Below are positions 25,101-37,100 of a stretch of 63,817 bases of DNA, in pieces. Position 1 is the stretch's first letter. Each line of letters opens with the position of its first letter. Origin of the DNA: Phoronis australis (Eukaryota; Animalia; Phoronida); contig NMRA01000177.1 of the NCBI GenBank assembly GCA_002633005.1, positions 387,942 through 451,758 of the forward strand. Reading direction: 5' to 3'. The notes beneath the pieces were generated by a model. That model worked only from the letters and a program-made list of their open reading frames with translations, made no database searches and was not told the origin of the DNA. Both the position numbers and the translations under genes were made by a program.

Positions 25101-28100
25101 TGATGTGGAAATGGAATTTTACCTTATTGGTTACCATATACTGTGCACGAATGTGCCCATCGTCACACGACCTGTCCCTTTTTTCCCACTCCCCTCTCGG
25201 CCGGTCTCTTCACACAATGTGACTCTTTCCTGTTGCAGATGATCCAGCGACCCCAGTCATCTAGCGTAAAAGAAAAGGTCCATTCACTGCCACAGTCCCT
25301 TATGGCTAGAGATAAAGGACAGTCGCTTCCCGCACCCAAGGTCAGTCAGGTGAGTGGACAGTCAACGGCTGCTGGGTTTGTTGAACGGTAGTGTTGGTAA
25401 TGGTAAAGACGTGAGGATCGCATAGTTGTGTTATGAGCCTGAACCAAAAATATTAGCCTGTCATTCTGAAAGGTTCCTATAATATGCACATAAGTGCAAA
25501 CTCTTGAGCGCCAGATTTGGAGCTCGTGTAGAATAATTTTAATGGTGGGTGTGCTCAGAAATGCGTCTTGCGTGATTCTGTTTCATTTTTCTTATCAACA
25601 TTTGTCTGTCTTTGTGAACAGAGACTCTACTCGTCAAAATAGGTTTGGGTTCGAGGCTGTCACATTTTCCCCTAGAATTGACTGGTCACGTGGCAAGCTT
25701 CAAGTAAACGTTTAAAGCTACATGCGATGTAATCGATTGATTTTCGAGTCAAGTCTTGAATAAAGTTTGGTAATGCCCATCGCTGGTACTTCGTACCGAA
25801 AATGAAACATGCATGTTGACAAGCAAGTCCTAGTGGGTGATAGTCCAACGAAAAATTCGAATTAGCAACAATGAATGTCGCGCGTTATTTTGTCATCGCG
25901 TCGTATCCGTGTTGCAGAGTCTCTCACCAGTCTCACCAGGGGCCAGCACAAGTATCGCATCCAGTAGTGTTCTTCCAAGGTGAGTATGTGATGAACAAAA
26001 ACAGCAGCGACTAGAATTTTGGCACTGTGTAGTTTTGTCTTCATGTCTGTACACGGAGTTATTGTTTTGATTTTGTATCCCTTACGTACTAGCATTAGGT
26101 AATTTTTAGATAAGTGTTAATAATAGGAGAGAAAATGACCATGGAGGAAGATCCTGGATGTGTAACGCGTTTTTCCCCGTTTCTCTAAGTTAAATGTATA
26201 TTTAGCATTACTTAATACAACTCGTTAGGAAGTCTGTTTTCACACGATGACGAGTGTCACGACATATCACAAAAAGAGTCATTAAATAAGACAAATCTTA
26301 ACTTCTTGTTTTCTTTGGTTATACTGTGGTCAGAATGGAGCTGACTGGTGTTATTTTTGACCGAATATATCCCCACATTCTTACTTCATTTTGCTTTGAA
26401 CTTGGACATTTTTGACCCGGCAATGTAGTGCTCAGTATAGCTTTGATGATTGCCCCCATGTATTCTGTGAACCCAATATCCCTTTATCAACAGTCAGAGT
26501 ACAATTTACAGACAATTGGTGTTCTTGGTTTTTAACCCCATGTTTGCCCTTAAAAGTCTGCGTGTATGAAAACAATGTCGATACAAATGTTTGTTCAGGG
26601 AGGGTTTGAAGATGAGGGCGTTTAAATGCCACAAGAGTTTGGGAATTCTGTGTTTTCTGGTAATTCTTAGGATTAAGTACATAGATTTTCGGTCGACAAG
26701 AGGCATAGATGCATCTCCACTTGGTTTTTTGCCGTAACCGAAGTCCCTGAATTAATCGAACTTTGCAATAGCTGTCGTGTAACAGCTGAAACCGTATTCG
26801 AATTATCATAGATTTTGCTGTTAGCTATGTGTAAATAAAACTATTGCACAGTTAACAGCACTTGTATATTGTTTATTTTGTGTTATCCGCACTGTTTATT
26901 GTTTAGATATTGTTTGTATAGTCATAGATCAATGAAGTATCCATGGCGATACTCAAGCTGTGTTTAATCTGCTCTACTGCATTGTCGTGCTGAAATGATA
27001 ATCCTTATCTTGTTGCCAGAGTGCAAACTCAAAAATTCTATTTCCTGTATATACCATTTACGTCTTTGCATGGCATGTTTACAAAGAAGCTTCTTTTTTT
27101 CGCTTTGCATGCTAGCCCTTAACTAACCATGGGCAATGGAAAACAGCTCAGATTGTTTTAAACTAACGCGTTTTTTTTTCAGTTCAAAGCACTCTCTGAA
27201 GTAAATCTTACCCCGTGTAATAGTTCCATATATTTGTCACTAGCAGTTTGCTCAGTTTTACCATTTTATGGTTTGTAGTCTTATTGTTTTTCGAATCACG
27301 ACTTTTGTTTTTTTTATTTTTCTAGTTCCTAGTTGAGTTTCTTTTGTTTTTTGTCAAAATTTTGTTGCTCAAAGATGGACATTAAATTGCCGCAGTTCAA
27401 GAATATTTATGTTTCAAATGATCAGTCTCGTTTCTAAAAGGATTATAGCACGCTAAAAATTCTTAAAAGTGTAGAATTTTGTGAAAACGATACTTGCAGG
27501 TAGAGCGTTTTACTATTTTTAATATCCACCAATGTCCCACTAATAAACCCAGACTCAGTCCACAGAGAGGCCTTAACCTCTGACCTCTGTCCCCACGCTG
27601 TGCTCTCGGGCATGCGTTCCCCCGTTAACCAATCCCTTTCTTCAACAGTACTCCCGAACACTCTGGAATCAATATGGCCACCTTCCAGTGGCGACGGGTC
27701 GCTGCTAAGTTAGGCATCGAGTAAGTCTGTTGCTCTCACGCCTTGGTAGTCTTGTTTAACCAATAGAGGGCGCTAGGGCTGAAACGATGTTCATGTTTGT
27801 TCCATTTTCCAATTTTGACAACATTAATACTGTCGTGGTGCAGCTTCCTAATCTTAATTTTCGATTGGCCGAAAGGAAACTATGATTTGCATAAATTCAT
27901 GTCTTTCAAAACTGGCTAGTAAAACTCTAAATTATTTGATGCATAATTTGTGGACATTTAGCAAAAAAGGCTTTATAGGTCACATCACTATGTCACTGTT
28001 TTCACGTCAAAGCAATTTTTTTCTGTTGATTTGCAAAAAGTCCTCCGAACAGGTGTAGCAAAGTGTATGAGATACTCAATAGTAGTCAATGGAACAAGCA

Positions 28101-31100
28101 TTTAGCTGGATACAGAACTGCGTTTCAACCCTAGCCGTCCCAACTGTGGTCCAGGGTGGCTTCCACTATTGCTGTTTGAGCTCGGTCACTAACACTATAG
28201 GTCCTCTTATATACTGTCTGCCTAATGCTTATTTACTCGGCATATACCACCCTACAGAACTGCTATTACTGGAACATCTTATGTATTTCAACTCAAATGT
28301 CAGTGGTCTTACCAAAAACCTGTTGCCAAAACGGATGACTTTGGCGCAGGTGATTATCAGTACGTAACTTCTTGAGTTTATTGATCTTCTACTTTTCAAC
28401 TGTTGTTCTTAGAACTTCAGATGTTCTGTAATCCACTGTATGCTAAATATTCAAGCCATGGGCATAGTCTTGTCCGGGCATGCTTCTTATAAGGCCTCTG
28501 TGCATGTGTTAGGTCTTCTTGGAGGTGGAATGCTCTGTTTTGGCATGAGGGCGTCCTGTTGCATGATGGGTAGGGATAAGGCTTGCATATCGGGCTCGTG
28601 GTTGCTGAAGTTTGTTTGAAGCTTCAGAATTTGGTGCTTTGGGTCTGAGACTATCTACACAGTCGACAATCGCTCTTCCTTCCATTTCCGTTTTCCGCTC
28701 TTAATTCAAGTGTGCTATCACTTTCAGTTCACCATCTGATGGTGTTATCTCCCTTGTCAGCATTAGAAGTTTACAAGATGTCCAGTAGGTGCCGCCTTTC
28801 TTTTCCGACGTATACGGGGTCTAGGCTTGAATAGGGTTTGCAATTTGAATCAAAACTGTCATGAACTCTAGTTCACATTTCACATCGTTATGCAAAACGA
28901 GGCTTCTATGATTTTCTATGGAAAGTTTCTGTATGATTTGTAGTTGTAGATGACATTAATGATAAACGCTGCTCTATAATTTCTAGTAGAAGCTTCTCAA
29001 TTTCGTTTTTTCTCTAACCACGTTTCATTTACTGCTAGTCTTCTCGCTGTACTAGCGAAGCTTCAAGTTACTCTTAGTTTATATAGTTTATTGCCATCTT
29101 GTAGCTTTTAAGTTATCTTGAGCAATTATTCACCACTCGCGTGTTTTTGTGTTTTGTGCACTGAGTGGTATAGCCTGAGGTTTTGTTTTGTAGACTAGGG
29201 TTTGGGGAGCTATTTAGTTTTGGTTTTGAGACTGTTGCGATTGATAGATAGCCATCGTAACACCTGTTATAAAATGTGTGGCAGTTTTGCCAGTAACTGC
29301 AGTGTCAATATAAGTGAATTACAGTACGCCGGGAAAATAATCGGATGAAATTCTGTTTTCCCCACCGCTCCAGCTACCCTGGTTGTGAATTGTTTCACAC
29401 TCCGTTGTCTTGATGGGGAAATTGCTCCTCTGCTCAATTGTCATGATCGAGGGAATTGTGGGTCATGTTTGTCCGATAATTTTTTCCATGTGCTTTGTAT
29501 ACTTGGTAATTTCTGACCTATAATGTAATTGCAGCATATGAGTTAAAAAGATTTTATGACTTGTCAAAGGATTGGCTAATCTGATGCATGCAGACTCGCA
29601 GACGAGAAAATTGTTCTTGGTGTTTCACAGGAGGTGGGGTGGGTGGCGGTAGGGTTGCAGCTAATTGCCTCCCTGATGCATGATACGAACTGTCACTGCT
29701 GCATGTGTTAAAAAGGGAAACATTTTTCGCCCGGAAACAGATCTGTGATGAAATGGTTGGGCTCGCTGCCTGTGGTGCTGTACAGCTGTGGACTCTCTTT
29801 GCGCGTAGAATTTACCACTCCCTTCTCTAACAATACGTTTCGGGTTAATTGTCACCAACAGAGGTCCCACAGTTTGAGAACCAGTTTTCTCCACTGAATA
29901 ACAGGCGTCAAACTGGTTCTCAAATTCCGGGACGCCTTCAAGTGTTTTGCCATTTTTGTGTACAGTAGATTAGTAGAACTGGTGAGATATTATTCATCTG
30001 TCTCAAGCGCTTGTCTTTACTGGATGTTTTACATTTTAGCCGTGTAATAGAAGAGGCGGAGGAAACAGAGGTCAATAGGTCGGACGCTCATTCAAAGTAA
30101 GTTGATTGGCAACTGCAATGGTGGTGGTATTGGTTGTTGGCCGGATGGAGTGGGTGAACTCGATATTCAAAGTTGTTTTTCAAAATGCCAGAAACTCCCA
30201 TACAAGGTTGTGCAAAGCCGAGTGTGCTCGGGAACTTATTAGTGTACCGTAGCAACATGGTGAAAAATGTGGTACAGTTGGAATCTTGAGTTTAATTTAG
30301 GTCGGATTGGAATCACTGTTTCCGTTCCATAAGCCAAGATTCCTGCTCAGTGCGTGTGCTTCGTGAGTATTCGAGCTCTACGGAACACACCCTAAATATC
30401 ACATAATGGTGCTTACGTTATCTTTGTACAGTTAGACCAGAATTTCTTGTCCGTCGAGCTCCGTTTAAATACCCCAGTCGAATATACAGCTTCTGGCACC
30501 AGTCGAATAAGTTCGTGATAGAAAAACAGCCCATCAACTAACAGTCGCGCGACTATCATGATTGTTGGGTTCGTTGGCCGGTGTCAAAACCCACCAAACA
30601 CTACTGCGGATCCCATAAAAACATCAGCTGGGTCATGGCAGGCTTTGGAATAGTATTCAATTGGCCAGATGTGTGACCAAGACATAATTGTGTCGGTCGT
30701 TACAGTATAACCGACACCTATTCTGTGTCCACGGAGTCGCTAGATGACGGAGGAGGAAGTCCAGCCGTCGACTTTGAGGACGACCCTGACCTGGCGGTGA
30801 AGGGCCCAGAGCCGGAGGCGTGGAGCGTGACGGTGGATAAGAAGACTATAAAACACCTCAAGCTGAGTAGTAAAGACGTGAAGAGGCAGGACCACATATG
30901 GNGTGGGGGCGGGGGTGGAACGAGTTTGGTAGACTGGAGATGGGTGTGGTAGGGGTAATGTAAAGTGTAATTAAGTGGGTGATAGAAATAATTATTGCAA
31001 TACATCATGGACTTCGTCATTCATCGGCATCCTCTTATAGTCGGGGAAAATTGTTTTACAGTAAATTGCAGTAGTTGTGATTTATATTTTTTCGCATCTA

Positions 31101-34100
31101 ATTGTTGTGATTGTATCAGTGTTGGTAGATAATGTCAAAAGGGGTTTATTTTGGCCACAGTTTGCTATGTCGGTACTTTATGAAATAAAAAGTTGAGTAC
31201 TAATTTATATGAGAGAAAGATCTCTGCAAAGGTAATAAATTTATGTAGATTTCATCAAACTGAACATTTTTTGGAGTGATTTTTCTTTCTTATGCGCAAG
31301 AGTTAAGCTCGTCTAATGTAATATTTGATGAGTCTTAAAGTGAATGCAATACCCGCTTCAGAACTGATTCAGACGGAGAAGCATTACAACCGTGTGCTGA
31401 AGGTGATGCAGAAGATCTTCGCTTTCGGCATGCGGCACGAGGTGAACATGACTCAGGAGCACGTCGACCGCATCTTCCCTGGACTCAACGAGCTCATCGA
31501 GGTGCACCAGGCATTCCAAGGCCGGCTACGCGAGAGGCAGGAGGCGCGGACGGACAAGTACATAGAGAACATCTCCGACGTATTGATAGCACAGGTGAGG
31601 CGGAGCATGGGAGGTGTTGGGTACTCTGGGTGTTACCCTGCTGGCTCAACGAGAACTGTTATTTAAGATTTAGCTCGTGCTAGCTCCTTGAGTCAAACTG
31701 GGGTTTGCTGAACTCGTTTCATTTTTCGGTAGCTTTTTGTTTCTCACGAATCTTTTTTCTCTTGAAATTAATATTCTTTTCACATTTTTTGACTCGGGAG
31801 CATTGAGGTCAGTGACAAATGAAGTGATGACAAAATATATTGCTACACACAAAAATGTGTGTCGCTGGGTGACTTAGTTGTTGGTGAGAATAGAATATAA
31901 AAAATAGGTGTGGTTGGTGACAAGAAATGAGTTTATAAGAAGAGAAAAAAGGTGCTTGACACTCGAAATGCACTTTCGATTTAATGTTGCTGGACCTGAA
32001 TTTGGCGAATAAGATGGGTGAAATTCAAGGTAACAGTTCATTTATGTAAAACGTCGAAACGAGTCCTGATCTTTCATTGAGGTGTAAAAATCCCCTAGGC
32101 GGTGTGCCCTTGCATTCTATAACAATGATCACAGAAGTTTTAATTGGCTGACCTAGAAAAGTAATCGACATTCAAATGCTAATGACCTCGACATGAAAAA
32201 ATTCAAAACTGTAAAATCTTGTCTAGTTTCAATTCCAGCCACCTCAAAATCAATCAAAAATGGTAGGATTCATTAACTTCAAGTAATACCTTGTGTATCG
32301 AGTATCACTGTCCTGCAGCTGTGACATGTGTTAAGTACAACATGTTGCATGCATAGCTCACACGTTGAATGTAGTCGTATTATTTCTACTTCAAGTATGG
32401 AGGTGATGTGGGCGAACGGATGAAGAGGGCCTATGGAGACTTTGTCAGTCACCACAAGGAGGCGCTGGCGTACTATAAAGACCTACTTAAGCAGGACAAG
32501 AAGTTCCAGATGTTTATAAAAGTAAGTAGAGCACTTGTATGTAAATGTGGAAGTGAGCAAACATTATCTTATGTCCATGTGTGGGTTTGGGTTTTTGATA
32601 AATGGGGTGTGGTCACGTCAGGTCACAGGGGTCACAGTTTGTGTTGCCCTGTCTGTTTAACCTTCGACTCGAAGCCCTATTTGGACAGGGGTGGGGTTTT
32701 GCACAAGTCAGTGTTGCTGCGACACTCAGTGTACGGTATTACATTGTATATTGGATACTTTTAGGATCACATGACTAAGGTTCATTATTATAAGCTGTAA
32801 GAATGTCTCAGTATCGTAATTGTTTTAGGAATTTCATTAATCTATTAACCAACTATACTCAGCCATGTTGTACTGGTTGAATTTCTGGGCTGCCTTGGGA
32901 GTAGGGTCTTTGTTATAAAATACATGATTTTGTTAATGCATGTTGTAGATGAGCTGGAGACTGATAACAATCAAAAACCACAAACAATCTTCGCATAGAA
33001 TGTTGGTTCAGTTGATAGCCACATCAGTTAGAGTTTCCGATCATTTTTCATCTCTGCCTTCTATTGTGCATAAGTACAGGGCAAACTTTGTAGAGAAAAC
33101 ACATGTCTGATAATGAGTGGTGGCAACAATATCAATAAACGCATTCTCAGAATAATCGTGACAATCTGTCCGTTTTCTTGAAATGTGGTCGCGGGATTTC
33201 TCTGGCACTTACACTATCACGTCTGCTCTTAAACAGAAGTGCAGCACAAACTTGCTGTGTAAGCGCATGTCCGTCGACGAGTGTATGCTGTACGTGACTC
33301 AGAGGCTTAGTAAGTACCCTCCGCTCATCGAGGCCGTTATCAAGCCCATGAAAGACGCGTCACGTGACATGAAGACGGAGAAGGACGGCCTGCGCCAGGC
33401 AGTGCAACAAGCGCAGGACATCCTAAAGCACGTTGACGAACAGGTAGGCTTGTGTGAAATGTAATCTTAACGTGAAACCTATTGTGGTTTATGTTTCGCA
33501 TACCTGATGAGAACTTCTTGTTGCCACTAGGTGGCAGGAAATTTATGTTATGAAGAAAGTGACTTCCCACAACCCATTGCATAGGCGTTTCCTTGATTAG
33601 GTCATTTATGAGATGAAACCGGGGGGCAATTGGAAAAAGAGAATTTCTTTTCAAATCAAAGTCAACTTTAGCAAGCACTACTTTCATTTGTGATCAAACT
33701 AAATTCAGTTTTATTTACTTCATCCTTTCATGTTCCTGAAAAGTGTCATATTTTTGTAGATGTGAACCAAAACCGGTAAATTCACTTACTGGGGTCCTGC
33801 ATTTTGAGATCCAGTTTTCTTCATCGAATAACAGCCATCATACTGGTTCTCAAAATGCGGGTCCCCTGTAAGTGAGTATTGCCCCAAAATCATTTCGTAG
33901 TCAAAGTAACGCAAGGGTTCTTTGGCCCTCGTCTGTTTACTTGCGCTTGATGGTTGTCTGGACTTGCAGGTGCACGCCCGCGACTGTGAGCTACGCCTGA
34001 TTGAGATATACAACAGATTAGACGCACGTTCGTCGACCAAGTATAGGAAGAGAGACTTTAAGGTAGCGGGAGTAAACTGGGCATTCGTGAAATACGAGAA

Positions 34101-37100
34101 ATTTTAGATTGTGAAATGGTCTAGTTTTAAAAGTCGTCTTAGCAACATGGAAAATCGTAAAAGACTTCAGATATCTTTACGATTACTGGCTTCATCATTG
34201 CTCAGCAGTGGTTTCCATCAGGGTCTATACCTTAATTGCCAGTCATGTGCGCTGGGTTGTGAGGGTGGACGCAGTGTTCTGGCTGCAACCAGAATGAAAC
34301 AAAAAGTTTGAATGCCTGGTGGCATCATTCTCAATGTTTAAGTATTTAATAATAAACGCATTAGGTAAGCATTTATTTTTAATATTTTCTTTATCAAATA
34401 TGTCAACATGTAACTCGTAAAAACTCAGCTGTAACACTTAAATACCTGCCACGTTTAATACATCTTGCTCCCTCATTAGCTGCTGTCAAATTAATTGGTT
34501 GCAAAGGTGTTTCATAGGTTCGTTCTCTCTCACCTTTCAGAAATCCAACCTGATCAACGGGAGTAGGAAACTGATCAAGGAGGGCGTGATTGGCTTTAAG
34601 ACGGCGCGCGGCAAAGAAATGGGTAAGAGAGTACTGGTTGTTCCATATAAGTGCGTTCACGTGAGACGTATGTTGGTAACTCTCATCTTGTTAAGCAGAC
34701 CATGTGGTGGAATTTTATACAGCAGCACCTTTAGTTTTTACCAGTTTGTGGCGAAAACTGTCTTTAGCATGTCAGGTTCTGAACTGCTTTGATCGCACGA
34801 GACGTGATGAAATTTTGACCGGGATGTTTAAAGAAAAGAAGTGTACCTTTCAGAAGTAGAAACTGCTAGTTTTGGCAGTTGGTTTTGTGAGTAATTGACC
34901 TATCGCCAGGATTTTGAGTGACTGCTTAACTGACCAGTCAGAACGTATCATTCTTGACACACCTTCGTTTCCAAGCCACCATTTTACCTGACAAACAACA
35001 CGTTGTCGGGTAAAACTTATTGTTTGTTGACATTTCGCAAAGGAGCAGAGCTTGCAATAGGTCAATTGTAGGACTACTTTAATGTCATTCTGCTGATTCT
35101 TGCTGCCTGTTGACAGATGGTCTAATGTTTATTTCAACTAGGTTATGTTGTTTGTCCTCTCATGTTACAGAGGTGTTAATGGTCCTGTTGACGGATGTTG
35201 TGTTATTCCTTGAAGACAACGGCCAAAAGTACATGTTCCTGAGTCAGGATAAAAAGGTGAGGTTTGGTGGTCAACAGGGGGCACTTTGGTTTCGCCATCG
35301 TGCCAATATTTTTCATGTGGTGTTGCTGCTTTGAGAAACATGTACGCTTTTCATAGCAAGTGGAGTAACGATGCTTCTGTCTCCTTTGAAATTTGCAATA
35401 GGTTTTGAATTGACCAGATTTGACAAGTTTTACAAAATTTTGGATTTTTCTGCAATCACATTGTCAAATTGTGACCTCTGATATTGATTGAGGTCACTGT
35501 TATTGATTGCTCAGCCAATCATTCTTAGACTTACCTGGGGTACCTACCTTTTGTGATTGTTGTTTGAGAATGCAAGGACACTCGGCTTTGGGGATTTTGT
35601 TGCGCTCAGTTCAAAGGTCATGATTCGTTTGGATATTTAAAATTTGCTTCAGTTCAAACTTAAACTGTCTTAGTGACTGAACTTGTGTCTAGCAACTTAA
35701 GCGGACAGGCTTGTTACAATTTGTTGTTAGGCCGTAATTTGCTAGGCTAGACTAAAACATGCAAATTGTCTTTACTCATTCTGTTAAGCGGTTGATGCCA
35801 GCCAACTTGTGCAGGCTCGTATGTTGAGTACTTAATCAAATTTGATTACATTTCAAGTGTGAAGTAGTATCTCATCCGCTTAGAAATCATCCAATAGCAT
35901 TGCGTTGTGAATAGCGATTGCAAGTCGGTATTTGGTTCTTGCTCATCCTGGACATCATCCAATGAATTGGTTGTATTTTTATTGCAAACTTGCTTAGATT
36001 TCGATATCAACCTATAGCAATTCTTTAGCTCACTCGTATTTAAATATTCACCCAGTCATCTTTTGCATCATTCAATAACGTATCTCTGAAGTCCTTGTGC
36101 AGATATCGACCAATAGTAATTGTGTATTTCCATATCATTTGAATATTCCACCAATCATCCATATTAGCTGACCAATCACACTGTTTCATCCACATTAGCT
36201 GACCAATCACACTGTTACATCCACGTTAACTAATCAATCACACTGTTACATCCACATTAACTAACCAATCACACTGTTACATCCACATTAACTAACCAAT
36301 CACACTGTTACATCCACATTAGCTGACCAATCACACTGTTACATCCACATTAACTAACCAATCACACTGTTACATCCACATTAACTAACCAATCACACTG
36401 TTACATCCACATTAACTAACCAATCACACTGTTACATCCACGTTAACTAACCAATCACACTGTTTCATCCACATTAACTAACCGTTTTAGGCTCTTAACG
36501 AGGACTTACAGGAGCAGGAGTTTGTGAGTTCTTCACTTGCTTAACAGCAGTCTTGCTTTTAAAGGAAAGCTCTGGGATTTTCTTACGTTTTGAGAAAATA
36601 TTAGGAAATAAAAATGACATTTTGGATAACTGGAGACCATTTGTGTAAAGAGTTGATTTGTCCAACTCCAAGCTTTTTCCGAAACCAGAAGTAGACGTCA
36701 CACATTTTATCCTGTATATTGTTGTTTCAAAACTGCCATCTTCGTCACTAATTCCTCAAGTCATTCGTCAGTTCATGTATTTGAAATCAACCTTTAGTAG
36801 TTATAAACCCGCCTTGGATCAGAAAAAAGTTTTGAGCGAGACCACCTACCATAATGAAATTGGTCTCAAATTGTTCCTCAGTCAAACTGTAGGTGATTTC
36901 TATAAGGTAGTGATAGTACATTAGTGCTTGAGACCAGACTCTATGACTTGACTTGTTAGTATGATATTTTGTACACCCAGCATGGTAACGAGGAGTTACG
37001 AACATCAGGTCTTTGCAATCCCAGAAATCACTTCTCATCTTAGCAAGGAACAAGTCGAGACCAATTTTAAAGTAGGAAGTTTATTTCTTGGACCGAATGC

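Larger units (their letters stand above)
23665..26108 (+). repeat. About 1.05-kb direct duplication (23665-24850 vs 25068-26108) containing exons A and B, joined at a single N
   Basis: Direct comparison: scattered substitutions, a 14-bp indel, a 130-bp internal duplication and a TE present only in copy 1. Confidence 0.95.

Noticed and set aside
30718-31020. Minus-strand poly-Pro ORF
   Set aside because: Antisense of a real exon plus an intronic G-run
36171-36483. CRISPR-like array
   Set aside because: Units are head-to-tail with no unique spacers, there are no cas genes, and the context is a eukaryotic intron
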